A stretch of 64,000 nt of DNA from an uncultured Muribaculaceae bacterium. Its GTDB lineage: Bacteria > Bacillota_I > Bacilli_A > RF39 > UBA660. Made by a program: the position numbers and the translations under genes. The notes under the pieces were generated by a model that saw nothing but the letters and a program-made list of their open reading frames with translations, had not been told where the DNA came from and made no database searches. Positions 30,693 to 42,488 of this stretch are shown piece by piece. Every line of letters starts with the position of its first letter. The first letter of the stretch is position 1. The DNA is taken from NCBI GenBank assembly GCA_964560085.1, contig CAZLKF010000002.1:28240-92239 (forward strand), given 5' to 3'.

Positions 30693-33281
30693 TTACTTTA
30701 CTTGATACCAATCACTTCCATAATCAACTTCTACTTTAAGTGGGACTTTCAACTCACATATGTTTTCCATCACGTCAGTTACCAAAGTTGTTATATCGTT
30801 TATTTCCTCATTTAAGCAATCAAATACTAACTCATCGTGAACTTGTAAAATCATTTTTGATTTCAAATTTTGTTTTTTTATCTCATTTGCCACTTTTATC
30901 ATAGCCATTTTTAGAATGTCCGCGCTTGTTCCTTGAATTGGGGTATTTAAAGCCATTCTTTCACCACTACTGCGAATCAAATAATTTTTATTTTGTAGTT
31001 CGGGAATATTTCTTTTACGCCCAAACAAAGTTTTAACATAGCCATCTTCGTGAGCTTTCTTAATGCATTCATCCATATATATTTTAATACCTGGATAAGC
31101 CTTAAAATAATCATCAATAAATTGCTTAGCGTCCTTTGTAAAAATGTTTAAATTTTCAGCTAAGCCAAAACTACTTATACCATAAATAATACCGAAATTA
31201 ACAGCTTTAGCAACTCTTCGCATTTCTTTAGTTACCAAATCTTCAGTAACATGAAAAACATCACTAGCTGTTTTAGTATGGATATCTTTACCAGCTTTAA
31301 AAGCTTCTATTAAGGTTTCATTATCAGCCATATGTGATAATATTCGAAGCTCAATCTGGGAATAATCGCTACTTAAAATAACAGAGTTTTTACTAGGAAC
31401 AAATGCTTTTCTAATTAACTTACCAAGTTCATTACGAATGGGAATATTTTGTAGATTTGGTTCGATCGAAGATAGTCTTCCCGTTCTTGTTAATGTTTGG
31501 GTATAAATCGTATGAATTTTTCCATCTTCCATAATCATACTAAGCAATCCTTCAATGTAAGTCGTATAAAGTTTAGTTACGGTGCGATATTCGATAATCT
31601 TATCAATTATAATATGTTTACCTTTTAACTTATTTAAAACATCAATTGAAGTTGAATAGCCATTGGCATTTTTTTTGCCATGTGGTAAAGCTAATTTTTC
31701 AAATAAAATTTCTCCTAATTGCTTAGGTGATGAAATGTTGAATTCGCAGCCGGCCAAATTATAAATGTCTTTAGTCATTAATTCTATTTTTATGGCGAAC
31801 TCTTCCTTCATATCAAGTAAAGTATCTTTAGAAACACAAACACCATTATATTCCATATCACCTAAAACATAAGCCAAAGGATGTTCTATATCATAATATA
31901 GATTTCCCATTTCTAGGACTTTTAATTCTTCATTAAATTTACTATATGTTTCGTAAATAAATTTAGCCTTTAAACTGGCAGTACTCGCTATTTCTTCTAA
32001 AGTTGGTTCATTAAATTTATCATTTTTACCATATACATTTTCATAAAAAGGAATATCATAATTAAAATTGTTAGCTAAATATGCAACATCATCTTTAATA
32101 TTATAATCAAGTAAATAAGCAGCAATCATTGTATCAAAAACGATATTTGGGATTTCAATATTTTTCCATTTTAAGGCAACATATAATTTTTTTAAATCAT
32201 ATGTGTATTTGTTAATATTATCGATTACATGAGGATTGTCTTTAAATACCTCAAAAGGAATATAATAATTATTAACATCATTATATATTGCAAGGCCTAA
32301 AACTTTAGCATTGTGATAATTAGTTCCTAATAATTCCAAGTAAATGGCACTATCTTTCGTGACATTAATTTCATTGATATCATCAATTATCTGAACTTTA
32401 GTCGATTCTTTAATAGAAAATTTTTTTTCTTGTTTTTTTATAAATGAATAAAATTCCAATTCTTCATATAAATCATTCAATTCAGCAGTTTCGCCGTTAT
32501 ATTTAATTTCATTTAAATTAAAAGGAATAGGTACATTTCTATTAATTGTTGCTAATTCATAACTTAAATATGCATTTTCTTTATCGTTTTCAAGTTTTTC
32601 ACGCATTTTTGGTGTTAATTTGTCTAAATTTTCATAAACACCATCTAATGTTTTATAATCTTGAAGCAACTTTAAAGCAGTTTTTTCACCAATACCTTTA
32701 ACACCAGGAATATTATCTGACGTGTCTCCTTGTAAAGCTTTTAAATCAATTATTCTTATTGGTTCAATACCATAATCAGCAAAAAAAGTCTTTTCATTAT
32801 AACGAATATAGTCTTTAGACTTTAACATCTTCATTTCAACATCGGCAGCTATTAATTGCAACAAATCATGATCACTACTGATAATTGTCGCATCAAAATT
32901 TTTATCTTCGTTACAATATCTTGCAAATGTACCGATTATATCATCGGCTTCATAATTATCAATTTCATAATATTTAATACCCATTGCTGTTAATAGTTTG
33001 CGTGAATATGGGGTTTGTAATTTCAATTCATCTGGGGTTTCCATACGTCCAGCCTTATAATCTTTATACTTATCATGTCTAAAAGTTTTTCCTTTATCAA
33101 AAGCCACCATTATATAAACTGGTTGTTCTTCATTGATTATTTTATTCATCATGTTGGCAAAACCAAATAAAGCATTAGTTGGAAAATTTTTACTATTATG
33201 CATAAAATTTCCATTATATGCTGTTGCATAATAACTTCGATATAAAAGGTTGTTGCCGTCTACTAATATTATCTTCTCCAT
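30693..33281 (-). CDS. polA: DNA polymerase I
   Basis: 862 aa; an N-terminal 5'-3' exonuclease and a C-terminal family A polymerase with motifs A, B and C. Confidence 0.9.
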   Translation of the reverse strand: MEKIILVDGNNLLYRSYYATAYNGNFMHNSKNFPTNALFGFANMMNKIINEEQPVYIMVAFDKGKTFRHDKYKDYKAGRMETPDELKLQTPYSRKLLTAMGIKYYEIDNYEADDIIGTFARYCNEDKNFDATIISSDHDLLQLIAADVEMKMLKSKDYIRYNEKTFFADYGIEPIRIIDLKALQGDTSDNIPGVKGIGEKTALKLLQDYKTLDGVYENLDKLTPKMREKLENDKENAYLSYELATINRNVPIPFNLNEIKYNGETAELNDLYEELEFYSFIKKQEKKFSIKESTKVQIIDDINEINVTKDSAIYLELLGTNYHNAKVLGLAIYNDVNNYYIPFEVFKDNPHVIDNINKYTYDLKKLYVALKWKNIEIPNIVFDTMIAAYLLDYNIKDDVAYLANNFNYDIPFYENVYGKNDKFNEPTLEEIASTASLKAKFIYETYSKFNEELKVLEMGNLYYDIEHPLAYVLGDMEYNGVCVSKDTLLDMKEEFAIKIELMTKDIYNLAGCEFNISSPKQLGEILFEKLALPHGKKNANGYSTSIDVLNKLKGKHIIIDKIIEYRTVTKLYTTYIEGLLSMIMEDGKIHTIYTQTLTRTGRLSSIEPNLQNIPIRNELGKLIRKAFVPSKNSVILSSDYSQIELRILSHMADNETLIEAFKAGKDIHTKTASDVFHVTEDLVTKEMRRVAKAVNFGIIYGISSFGLAENLNIFTKDAKQFIDDYFKAYPGIKIYMDECIKKAHEDGYVKTLFGRKRNIPELQNKNYLIRSSGERMALNTPIQGTSADILKMAMIKVANEIKKQNLKSKMILQVHDELVFDCLNEEINDITTLVTDVMENICELKVPLKVEVDYGSDWYQVK

Positions 33282-33318
33282 ATTCCCTCCTTTATTATTA
33301 TAACATATTTTTCATATT

Positions 33319-33354
33319 CAAAAAGAAAGATGTATCATTAAATACACCTTTCTT
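33319..33354 (-). terminator. intrinsic terminator after polC
   Basis: About 11-13 bp stem (GAAAGgUGUAU uuaaug AUACAuCUUUC) followed by UUUUUG. Confidence 0.5.
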
Positions 33355-36300
33355 AAAACAAACTCAATTGATTTGATTCATCCATTCCATCTAGTATTCC
33401 CATTTGACGCATTGTTTCGATAATTGTTTGGGAAACTTTTCCACGTTTTTGCAAATCTTCGATACATGAAAATGGATGTTTTGTTCTTTCATCTATAATT
33501 GTCTGGGCTACTGTATCACCTAAACCATCAATAGTTGCAAAAGATGGATACATTGTTTTTTCATCTTTTACAATAAACATTCTTGCATCACTTTTGTTGA
33601 TATCTATCGGTGCAAATTTAATACCACGAGCTGTTGCTTCTAAAGCAATCTTTAAAGTTTCTAAAACTGCTAAATCTTTATTAGTCGCTTCTTTTCCTTT
33701 ATTGCTAATTTCTAACATTCGGTTTTTAATTGCATTATAACCTTTGCACATTGTTGCAATGTCATAATCAGTAATTCTGGCCGAAAAATAAGTAGCATAA
33801 TAATAAACTGGCATATGAACTTTAAACCAAGCAATTCTAAAAGCACTGATAACATAAGCAGCAGCATGAGCCTTCGGGAACATATACTTTATTTTTTGAC
33901 ATGAATCAATAAACCAAGGCTCAATTCCCGCTTTTTCCATTGTGGCTTTATGATCAACCCAAGCATCTGGTTCTTTACTTGCCTTCCCTTTTCGAACAAA
34001 TTCCATAATTTTGAATGCTTTAATTGGTGCTAGCCCATGGTACATTAAATAGACCATTATATCATCACGACAACCAATAACTTCTTTAAAAGGAACTACT
34101 TGATTACGAATTAATTCTTGAGCATTGCCTAGCCAAACATCTGTTCCATGTGAAAGACCAGATATTTTTATAAGTTCTGAAAATGTAGTTGGTTTTGTAT
34201 CAACAAGCATACCAATAGTAAAATTAGTCCCAAATTCTGGAATTCCTAAAGTCCCCGTTGGGCACATTATTTGTTCTTCTGTTACTCCAAGTGGTTTTGG
34301 CGATAAAAAGATATCCATTGTTTCTTTGTCATCCAAAGGCACATCAGTAACATTTATTTTTGTTAAGTCTTGTAAATATCGTAATTGTGTCGGATCGGAG
34401 TGACCCAAAATATCTAACTTTAACAAATCTTGATCTATAGCATGGTAATCAAAATGAGTCGTTCGCCATTCAGCGGTACTATCATCAGCTGGATATTGAT
34501 AAGGTGTGAAGTCATAAACATCTCTATAATGAGGAACTACGACAATACCTCCCGGATGTTGACCAGTTGTTCTTTTAACACCCGTGCAACCAACTGCTAA
34601 ACGTTCGATTTCTGGTGAACGTTTATTGATGCCACGATCTTCATAAAAACCTTTAACATAACCATAAGCTGTTTTGTCAGCAACTGTGCCAATTGTACCA
34701 GCACGATATACATTATCTTCACCAAACAAAACTTTGGTATAAGCATGAGCTGATGCTTGATTTAAATCCGAAAAATTCAAGTCAATATCAGGTACTTTAT
34801 CAGCATTAAAGCCTAGGAAAGTCGCGAAAGGCATATCTTGACCATCTTTAAATAAAGTTTCACCGCAATGTGGACATTTTTTATCCGGCAAATCAAAACC
34901 GCTTGAATAAATTGAACCTAATGATTTACCATCTTCTGCTTCAAAGATACTATGCATACATTTCAAGCAACGATAATGAGCCGGTAATGGATTTACTTCC
35001 GTTATTCCCATCATTGTTGCAACAAATGACGAGCCAACTGAACCACGGGAGCCAACTAAATACCCATCGTCGTTTGAATGTTTTACTAACTTTTGGGCAA
35101 TTAAGTATATAACATCAAAACCGCCACCAATAATACCACCCAGTTCTTTCTGAATGGCTTTTTCTAAATCTTTTTCAGTGATTTCTGGATTCTTTTCTTT
35201 AATGCTATTACCTATCAATTTCTGAACAGCTTCATATCCTTCATTAATAACGTTATGAACCATTTCAAAAGTTTTATTTATGACATCATTGGGAAATTCT
35301 TTCTCGGCTATTTCTTTACAGCAATTATAAACTGCGTCACCATATAATTCCTTAGCAATTCTCTCCTCTATATTAAAAGGAAGAGGATCTCCATACCAAG
35401 ATTTGGCTTTTTCATAAACCAAATCAGTAGTTGTTTTCTGACTATCGGGGATAACTGGTGAGTATGGTTTGTCGGGATATTCAATTACTTCATAATCATC
35501 ACACAATTCGGCTATTTTATATGTATTATCAATAACAATCTCATTACGAGTTTCTTCATCAAGAAAGTTAAATTCTTCTAACATCTCATCAGTTGTTCTT
35601 AAATATTGTGGAGGAATCCGATTATATCCTTCTTTTCCTAGATATCTTGCTAATGGATGTCTTCCTTTACCAGGGACATTTTGATTAACTACAAATTCAC
35701 GGTAAATTGTATCTTCCTTAGTTATTGAATGGGCATCACTAGTAGCTACTACTAATTTCCCGATTTCTTTGGCACAACGAATAATCTTTTTTAAAGCATA
35801 TATTAAATCCTCATATGAACTTATATCATGAGAAAATACTAAATGTTCATAATTTGATGGTGGTTGAACTTCAATATAATCATAAAATTCCATTGCCTTC
35901 TTTAAATCTTCATCACATCTTGCAAGGGCAACATTAAATATTTCACCATTCATACAACCACTACCAATTAAAACGTCCTCACGATTTTCAGCGATTATAT
36001 GTTTAGGAATCCTAGCACTTTTAACTAAATATTTAGTGTTGGCAAAACTAATCATTTTAAATAAATTTTTCAAGCCTTTTTTGGTTCGTGCAATCATATT
36101 GACATGCATTTCTTTAACTATGGCATTAGTTTCAAATTCATCAACTATATTGTTTAAATCAATAAAAGTTTTAATATCTTCACGTTTTTCTAGTTGTTTT
36201 AACATTTTATAGAAAATGCTGCCAGTTGCTTCTGCATCATAGTCAGCTCGATGATGATGAGCAGCAGCCGTTGTATCTTCATCATCATCACTTTTAACAT

Positions 36301-38152
36301 TCTCATCAAATTTAATTTTGTAATATTTAGCTAGTGCCGTTAGCCCATGCTTTTTACAATCTTTATTTATGGCTTTTGAAAGCATCCAAGTATCAATTAC
36401 AGGATTTGTTAAAACTCCCAAATTATATTTATGATAAGCCATCTCTAGCATATCCATATCAAATTTTGCATTGTGAGCAACAAGTGGTAAAGAACCAATC
36501 CACGTTTTAAACTTCATAGTGGCATCTTGTTCATTCATACAATTTTTAACCATTTCATCAGTAATTCCTGTTAAATTGGTAATCTCTTCATCAATATGAT
36601 GACCAGGATTGATTAGTTCATCAAACCTTTCAATCACATTACCATCTTTAATTTTAACAGCCCCGATTTCAATCATTGAGTCATTTAGTCCCGGGTTAAA
36701 GCCGGTCGTTTCTGTATCAAAAACAACATAAGTTGTGTCAAACAAATTAGTATCATCAGCATTGACAACAATATTAGCTGAATCACTTGACAATTCTAAT
36801 TCAACACCATACATTCCTTTAAACAAAGGTAGTTTTTTTAATGATTCTTTTTTTTCAGCTATTTCAGAATTTATCTTGGCAATTTCTGACTCTTCGGTCG
36901 TATTTTTTAATTGTTCTTCTAATTCTTTAATACGATCTTTATAAGGAGCTTTTAATTCTTTATTATATTTACCAATATCTCCATAAACATGAGGGAAAGC
37001 TTGACACCCATCATGATCAGTTATAGCTAAACCCAAATGACCTAATTTTGTTACCGCTTTAACTAAAGCTGACTCATCAGCAACTCCATCCATTTGACTC
37101 ATCATTGTATGAGCATGAAGTTCAATTCTTTTTTTAGGAGCATTGTCTACTCTTTTTTCCTCTTTTTTATCAAATATATTAATATCAGTTAATGAATAAG
37201 TTATTTCTTTGGCGTATTCATCATATTTAATGCTGCCCCTAAATTTATACCATTTGCCAACTTTTACATTTTTAGAAAATTCGGCAAAGTTTTCATCACC
37301 ATCAATAAATGTTTTAGCATATATACTATCAGTATTATCGGTTATTTTAAGGGTCACTATTCTTAAACCGGGTTTTTTCCTTGACTCAATTACATCAAGA
37401 CCAAAAACTTTGGCTTCTACAATAGCTTTATCCATATATTTTAATACTTCTAAAGCATTTATTTCATTAATATCAACAGGGACTGTTTTTAGCAATGTTA
37501 CCGCACTATTTTCAATGACATTCCCCATAATAACGCGTTCATCATCAATTTTAAAAATACGTTTGTTATAATATCTTTTTTTTGGTTCTTCTATGATTGC
37601 TGGTTGAGGTTTTTCAACTATTTTTACTTCTTTTTCTAAATCATTTTTAATTTCATTAACAATTTCTTCATTTAAATTTTTTTCGATTTTGACTTTAAAA
37701 TTATAATTCTTAAAACCAATTAATGCTAAATCTTTCATAATTTTAGGAGATAATGCTAACATTTGTTTTTCTTCAACAATATTACTGACACTCATAATTA
37801 CTTTTTGTTCAGTAATTACTACAGGATTATTTATAAAAAGAGTTAGAACAGAGTCCTTTAAAGCTACTAAATTCATTATATCTTGAAAACTCTTTAGGAC
37901 CTCTTCATCAGTATATTCTTCAATTTCAAATTCCAATTCTACATTATCAATTTCATTAAATTTATTTCTAATCAACTCTTTTAAATTCAAATATTCACTA
38001 TAAGATATAGGTGATTTTAAACAAACAACAAATATACACTTTGTTTTTTCCTTATTGCGGACTATTTTTTTTAAAACTGCTCCTTGAAATATTTCTTCCT
38101 TAGCAGTTGGAAAATCGATTTGTGTAAATAGTTTTTCTAAATTTTTATCCAT
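33353..38152 (-). CDS. polC: PolC-type DNA polymerase III alpha subunit
   Basis: PHP (HAHTMMSQMDG), DEDDh exonuclease (FDTETTGF), zinc finger (CPHCG) and the polymerase core. Start ATG 38152 (MDKNLEK) follows AGGTGA; the ORF-track GTG at 38161 has no RBS. About 1599 aa. Confidence 0.9.
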   Translation of the reverse strand: MDKNLEKLFTQIDFPTAKEEIFQGAVLKKIVRNKEKTKCIFVVCLKSPISYSEYLNLKELIRNKFNEIDNVELEFEIEEYTDEEVLKSFQDIMNLVALKDSVLTLFINNPVVITEQKVIMSVSNIVEEKQMLALSPKIMKDLALIGFKNYNFKVKIEKNLNEEIVNEIKNDLEKEVKIVEKPQPAIIEEPKKRYYNKRIFKIDDERVIMGNVIENSAVTLLKTVPVDINEINALEVLKYMDKAIVEAKVFGLDVIESRKKPGLRIVTLKITDNTDSIYAKTFIDGDENFAEFSKNVKVGKWYKFRGSIKYDEYAKEITYSLTDINIFDKKEEKRVDNAPKKRIELHAHTMMSQMDGVADESALVKAVTKLGHLGLAITDHDGCQAFPHVYGDIGKYNKELKAPYKDRIKELEEQLKNTTEESEIAKINSEIAEKKESLKKLPLFKGMYGVELELSSDSANIVVNADDTNLFDTTYVVFDTETTGFNPGLNDSMIEIGAVKIKDGNVIERFDELINPGHHIDEEITNLTGITDEMVKNCMNEQDATMKFKTWIGSLPLVAHNAKFDMDMLEMAYHKYNLGVLTNPVIDTWMLSKAINKDCKKHGLTALAKYYKIKFDENVKSDDDEDTTAAAHHHRADYDAEATGSIFYKMLKQLEKREDIKTFIDLNNIVDEFETNAIVKEMHVNMIARTKKGLKNLFKMISFANTKYLVKSARIPKHIIAENREDVLIGSGCMNGEIFNVALARCDEDLKKAMEFYDYIEVQPPSNYEHLVFSHDISSYEDLIYALKKIIRCAKEIGKLVVATSDAHSITKEDTIYREFVVNQNVPGKGRHPLARYLGKEGYNRIPPQYLRTTDEMLEEFNFLDEETRNEIVIDNTYKIAELCDDYEVIEYPDKPYSPVIPDSQKTTTDLVYEKAKSWYGDPLPFNIEERIAKELYGDAVYNCCKEIAEKEFPNDVINKTFEMVHNVINEGYEAVQKLIGNSIKEKNPEITEKDLEKAIQKELGGIIGGGFDVIYLIAQKLVKHSNDDGYLVGSRGSVGSSFVATMMGITEVNPLPAHYRCLKCMHSIFEAEDGKSLGSIYSSGFDLPDKKCPHCGETLFKDGQDMPFATFLGFNADKVPDIDLNFSDLNQASAHAYTKVLFGEDNVYRAGTIGTVADKTAYGYVKGFYEDRGINKRSPEIERLAVGCTGVKRTTGQHPGGIVVVPHYRDVYDFTPYQYPADDSTAEWRTTHFDYHAIDQDLLKLDILGHSDPTQLRYLQDLTKINVTDVPLDDKETMDIFLSPKPLGVTEEQIMCPTGTLGIPEFGTNFTIGMLVDTKPTTFSELIKISGLSHGTDVWLGNAQELIRNQVVPFKEVIGCRDDIMVYLMYHGLAPIKAFKIMEFVRKGKASKEPDAWVDHKATMEKAGIEPWFIDSCQKIKYMFPKAHAAAYVISAFRIAWFKVHMPVYYYATYFSARITDYDIATMCKGYNAIKNRMLEISNKGKEATNKDLAVLETLKIALEATARGIKFAPIDINKSDARMFIVKDEKTMYPSFATIDGLGDTVAQTIIDERTKHPFSCIEDLQKRGKVSQTIIETMRQMGILDGMDESNQLSLF

Positions 38153-38218
38153 GTTGATCACCTATAAAAATTGTATCACATTTTAGGTTTTGTTAAAAGA
38201 AAAAGACAACATGTTGTC

Positions 38219-38923
38219 TTATTTAACAAATATAAAAGCAAATCTTTCTCTTCCACTTAAATCTTTTTCAACAATTGCTTCTTCATTTAAATATTCAAAT
38301 GCCATTTTTTTAATGGCATCACCTTGTTTTTCACCAATTTCAAAAGCAATTATAGCTTTCTTATTTAAACATTTTTTTATATTTTTAAGCATTTCATCAT
38401 AATAATATAATCCATTATTTTCAGCATATAAAGCAATATGTGGTTCGTTATTCTTAACAATAGGTTGAATGTTTTCATCATATGAAATATATGGTGGATT
38501 ACTAACAATAATATCATATTTTTCGTCTAAAGGTTCAAGCAAATTTCCTTTTCTAAAATCTATTTCCACTTTATTATTAAAAGCATTAGCTTTTGCAACT
38601 TCCAGCGCTTGATTTGAAATATCTGTAGCTGTTACAATTGCATCTAAATTTTTTTTAAGAGCAATTGCAATAGCACCAGAGCCTGTTCCAATATCAGCTA
38701 TTCTCAATGGTTTATTAAAATCTTCAGAATACTTTATAACTCTTGAAACAAGTTCTTCTGTTTCGAATCTCGGAATTAAAACATTTTTATTAACTATCAA
38801 TTCATAACCATAGAAAGAAACATTTCCAACAATATATTGAACAGGTTCTCCTCCTTCAAGTTTTCTTAATGCTTCATCAAATGAACCTTTATAATACTTT
38901 TTTAAGTATTCTTGATCAGTCAT
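38219..38923 (-). CDS. prmC: release factor glutamine N5-methyltransferase PrmC/HemK (short form)
   Basis: NPPY motif (IVSNPPYI) and a SAM-binding G.GSG; the stop overlaps the prfA region. Confidence 0.8.
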   Translation of the reverse strand: MTDQEYLKKYYKGSFDEALRKLEGGEPVQYIVGNVSFYGYELIVNKNVLIPRFETEELVSRVIKYSEDFNKPLRIADIGTGSGAIAIALKKNLDAIVTATDISNQALEVAKANAFNNKVEIDFRKGNLLEPLDEKYDIIVSNPPYISYDENIQPIVKNNEPHIALYAENNGLYYYDEMLKNIKKCLNKKAIIAFEIGEKQGDAIKKMAFEYLNEEAIVEKDLSGRERFAFIFVK

Positions 38924-39978
38924 TATTCGCCTCTCAATTTACGATTTTGATCCTCTATTATTAAAGCTTCAACCACTTTACCAAGGTCACCTTCCATAAC
39001 GCGATCTAAAGTGTTAATAGTAAAACCAATACGATGATCAGTTACTCTATTTTGCGGATAATTATATGTTCTTATTTTTTCTGAGCGATCACCTGTTCCA
39101 ATTTTACTACGTCTTTCAGCCCCTAATTCTTGCTCACGCTCTTGATTTTTCAAATCATATAAACGCGTTGTTAATATTTTTATCGCTTTGTCTTTATTCT
39201 TTATTTGGGATCTTTCCGTTTGTGAATAAACAACTATTCCCGTCGGAATATGGGTTAGACGAACTGCCGAATCAGTTGTGTTAACTCCTTGACCACCACA
39301 ACCACTACTTCTAGTAATATCAATTCGAACTTCACTCATATCAAGTTCAAAATCGACTTCTTCAGCTTCTGGCATAACTAATACCGTAGCTGTTGAAGTA
39401 TGAACTCTTCCTTGAGTTTCTGTTTCTGGTACTCTTTGCACACGATGAGCACCACTTTCGTATTTTAATTTACTATAGACATTTTCGCCTTTAATCATAA
39501 AACTTACTTGTGAATATCCACCAGCTGTTCCTTCTTCCGAGTCAAGTTCTTCGATTTTCCAACCTTCTCTTTCTGCATATCTTGTATACATACGATACAA
39601 GTCACCAGCGAAAATATTGCCTTCATCGCCACCAGCAGCTCCACGAATTTCAACGATTACATTTTTGCCATCGTTAGGATCTTTGGGTAATAAAATTATT
39701 TCAATTTCTGAATCCAATTTTGCTTTTTCTTCTTGCAAAGTTGTTAATTCTTCACGAGCCATTTCTCCTAATTCTGGATCTTTCAACATTTCCTCATCAT
39801 TTTCAATATCTTTTAGAACTTTTTTGTATACTTGATAAATATCATATGCTTCTCTTAACGTTGCTTGTTCTTTAGTTATTTCTAAAGTTCTTTTGATATT
39901 CGCAATAGTTTCTGGTTGTTCTAACTCTTTTTCTAATTCCAAAAATTTATCTTCTATTTTTTGTAATCTCTCTAGCAT
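38923..39978 (-). CDS. prfA: peptide chain release factor 1
   Basis: GGQ motif ([23 protein letters not shown]); an RF1-type PxT region. Confidence 0.9.
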   Translation of the reverse strand: MLERLQKIEDKFLELEKELEQPETIANIKRTLEITKEQATLREAYDIYQVYKKVLKDIENDEEMLKDPELGEMAREELTTLQEEKAKLDSEIEIILLPKDPNDGKNVIVEIRGAAGGDEGNIFAGDLYRMYTRYAEREGWKIEELDSEEGTAGGYSQVSFMIKGENVYSKLKYESGAHRVQRVPETETQGRVHTSTATVLVMPEAEEVDFELDMSEVRIDITRSSGCGGQGVNTTDSAVRLTHIPTGIVVYSQTERSQIKNKDKAIKILTTRLYDLKNQEREQELGAERRSKIGTGDRSEKIRTYNYPQNRVTDHRIGFTINTLDRVMEGDLGKVVEALIIEDQNRKLRGE

Positions 39979-40114
39979 TATTTCGCCTCTTTCGATAAAG
40001 ATTATACTATATTAATTAATGTTAGTAAAGAAAAAGCTAAACTTATAATTCTATCTTTTTAAACTTTTTCTACATTTAAATGAAAATTTATGATAAAATT
40101 GTTATGGTGATATT

Positions 40115-40963
40115 ATGAAGAATATAAAGTTTCCCAGAATAATTAAAATTATCTTTATTTTAGCTATTATTTTCTTTATTTTTATCATGATTTTACGTTT
40201 TTTTGGAACTTCAGGTTTAAAAGTTAAAGAATACAAAATTGTAAATACTAATATTAATGAAAACTATCACGGTTTAAAAATAGTTCATTTCTCAGATATT
40301 CATTATAAAACCACCATTGATTATGATGACCTAGAGGAAATAGTTGAAAAAATTAATTATATTAATCCTGACATTGTAGTTTTTACAGGTGATATATTTG
40401 ATTCACATCTAAAATATGACGAAAAAGACATCGAGAATTTAGCAACTTTATTTAGAAAAATAAAGGCATCATACAAAAAATATGCTATAAGTGGCAATCA
40501 TGATAATCTTGATATGTGGAAAAGCGTAATAAATAGCAGCGATTTTATTAATTTAAATGATAATTATGAATTAATATATATGAATGATTTAAAACCTATT
40601 TTAATTGCTGGCATCAGTTCTGGTTTAGATAATATTGAAGAAAAACTATTAAAAGTTAATAAATATCTTTATAGTGATGAAGCTAACCAGATATATTCTA
40701 TTTTACTAATGCACGAACCTGATAATATCAAATATACCGAGGATTTTGATTTGGTTTTAGCAGGTCATTCCCATAACGGACAAGTAAGATTGCCATTTAT
40801 CGGTTCAATTATAACTCCAAATGGTTCAAAAAATTATTATGATGAATACTACAAAGTTAAAGACACCGAATTATATATTTCTGGTGGTATAGGAACTTCA
40901 ATTGTAAAATTAAGAATGTTTAACAGACCATCCATTAACTTTTATCGCCTTACTAACAAATAG
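40115..40963 (+). CDS. membrane-anchored calcineurin-like metallophosphoesterase
   Basis: N-terminal TM helix; GDxHY, GDxxD and GNHD motifs. Confidence 0.75.
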   Translation: MKNIKFPRIIKIIFILAIIFFIFIMILRFFGTSGLKVKEYKIVNTNINENYHGLKIVHFSDIHYKTTIDYDDLEEIVEKINYINPDIVVFTGDIFDSHLKYDEKDIENLATLFRKIKASYKKYAISGNHDNLDMWKSVINSSDFINLNDNYELIYMNDLKPILIAGISSGLDNIEEKLLKVNKYLYSDEANQIYSILLMHEPDNIKYTEDFDLVLAGHSHNGQVRLPFIGSIITPNGSKNYYDEYYKVKDTELYISGGIGTSIVKLRMFNRPSINFYRLTNK

Positions 40964-40981
40964 ACTTTGGTCTATTTTTTT
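40961..40981 (+). terminator. weak intrinsic terminator after the phosphoesterase gene
   Basis: UAGAC uuug GUCUA followed by UUUUUUU; the stop codon lies in the stem. Confidence 0.35.
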
Positions 40982-41027
40982 ATTATATTTTACTTTTATT
41001 TGTTAATAATAAAGACGAGGGATCTTT

Positions 41028-42488
41028 ATGAAGTTTAGTAAAAAACTTAATATTAATTTAGAAAACGTAAAAAAATCTAACAATAATAGTAGCGATATAA
41101 ACATTCGAACAATTAAAATTGGTTTTAAGACAATTGGTTATATATTCTTAGAAAGTACAAGCAGTGATGATAAAATAAGTAATTATTTTATGAAGGATAT
41201 CAGTACAACCATCAAATTTAAACATCATAATTTTTTTAATGACTTATTTGTTGATTTGCAAAATCAAATACCAAATAGTAAATTAAAGATTATTGAAGAT
41301 AGAAATGAAGCATTTTATTATTTAGCTGCCGGTTTTACTCTTATTTTTGTTGACGAAGTTGACAAAGCAATAGTAATCGAAACAAAAGCCAAATTAGATC
41401 GCAGTATAGCCGAGCCCACAACCGAAATAATAATTAGAGGTCCAAAAGATTGTTTCATTGAAAACTATAATGTTAATATCGGTCTCATTAGAAAAAGAAT
41501 TAAAGACGAAAAATTGTTTTTTGATGAAATAAAAGTTGGTAGGCGTACTAAAAGTAAAGTTGCAATATCTTATATTGATGATATCGTCAATCATGAAACT
41601 GTCGATAAAATCAAAAAAATAATAAGCAATATCGATATCGATGCCATAACTGATAGTGGTATTTTAAAAGAATATATTGGACCTAGTACAAAAACAAACT
41701 ATCCTTTGGTCAAAAGTTCTGAACGCCCAGATATTGTATGTCAAGCTTTATTAGCAGGAAAAATATCTATAATTGTTGAAAATTCTCCTTTTGTTCTTAT
41801 TTTTCCCACTTTCTTTATCGATTATTTCAAAATAAGTGAAGATTATTACGAAAAAGCCTTCAATACAAATATGACAAGGCTATTAAGATTTCTGGCATTT
41901 TTTATAACTTTACTTACACCAGCTCTATATATTGCCGTCATGACTTATAATTATGAAATAATACCCGATTCATTGTTAATAAGTTTAGCAGTTCAAAGAG
42001 AAGGTGTTCCTTTTCCAACAGGAATTGAAGTAATTTTACTAGCAACGGCTTTTGAAATATTACGCGAAAGTGATATTCGTATGCCTTCCATTATGGGAGC
42101 ATCAATCAGTATTGTCGGTGCTTTAGTATTAGGAGATGCAGCCGTTAATGCAGGAATTGTTTCGCCTTTTGTCGTTATAGTTATTGCAATTACAGCTATC
42201 TGCGGACTTATATTCTCGGACGTTGATTTTGTCAATGCTACAAGATGGTGGCGAGCCTTATTTATCTTTGGCGCCATTGCTCTTGGTATTCTTGGAATCA
42301 CAACTGTTGGTTTGATATTTATAATTCATCTAATAAATGCCGAAGAATTAAACATTCCTTTTATGTATCCATTAACTCCCAAAGATCGCCACGAAGATAT
42401 TTTAAGACCTTCCCAAAGGAAAAACTATTACCGAAGCGAATTATTAACTAAAAATATTATTAAAATGAGGAATAACAATGAAAACTAA
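41028..42488 (+). CDS. spore germination protein, GerA family A subunit
   Basis: 486 aa; N-terminal soluble GerAA-type region (…IRGPKDCFIENYNVNIGLIRKRIKD…) and C-terminal TM helices. Confidence 0.85.
   Translation: MKFSKKLNINLENVKKSNNNSSDINIRTIKIGFKTIGYIFLESTSSDDKISNYFMKDISTTIKFKHHNFFNDLFVDLQNQIPNSKLKIIEDRNEAFYYLAAGFTLIFVDEVDKAIVIETKAKLDRSIAEPTTEIIIRGPKDCFIENYNVNIGLIRKRIKDEKLFFDEIKVGRRTKSKVAISYIDDIVNHETVDKIKKIISNIDIDAITDSGILKEYIGPSTKTNYPLVKSSERPDIVCQALLAGKISIIVENSPFVLIFPTFFIDYFKISEDYYEKAFNTNMTRLLRFLAFFITLLTPALYIAVMTYNYEIIPDSLLISLAVQREGVPFPTGIEVILLATAFEILRESDIRMPSIMGASISIVGALVLGDAAVNAGIVSPFVVIVIAITAICGLIFSDVDFVNATRWWRALFIFGAIALGILGITTVGLIFIIHLINAEELNIPFMYPLTPKDRHEDILRPSQRKNYYRSELLTKNIIKMRNNNEN

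Noticed and set aside
38153-38161. GTG start for polC given by the ORF track
   Set aside because: It has no Shine-Dalgarno, whereas ATG 38152 has AGGTGA at ideal spacing.
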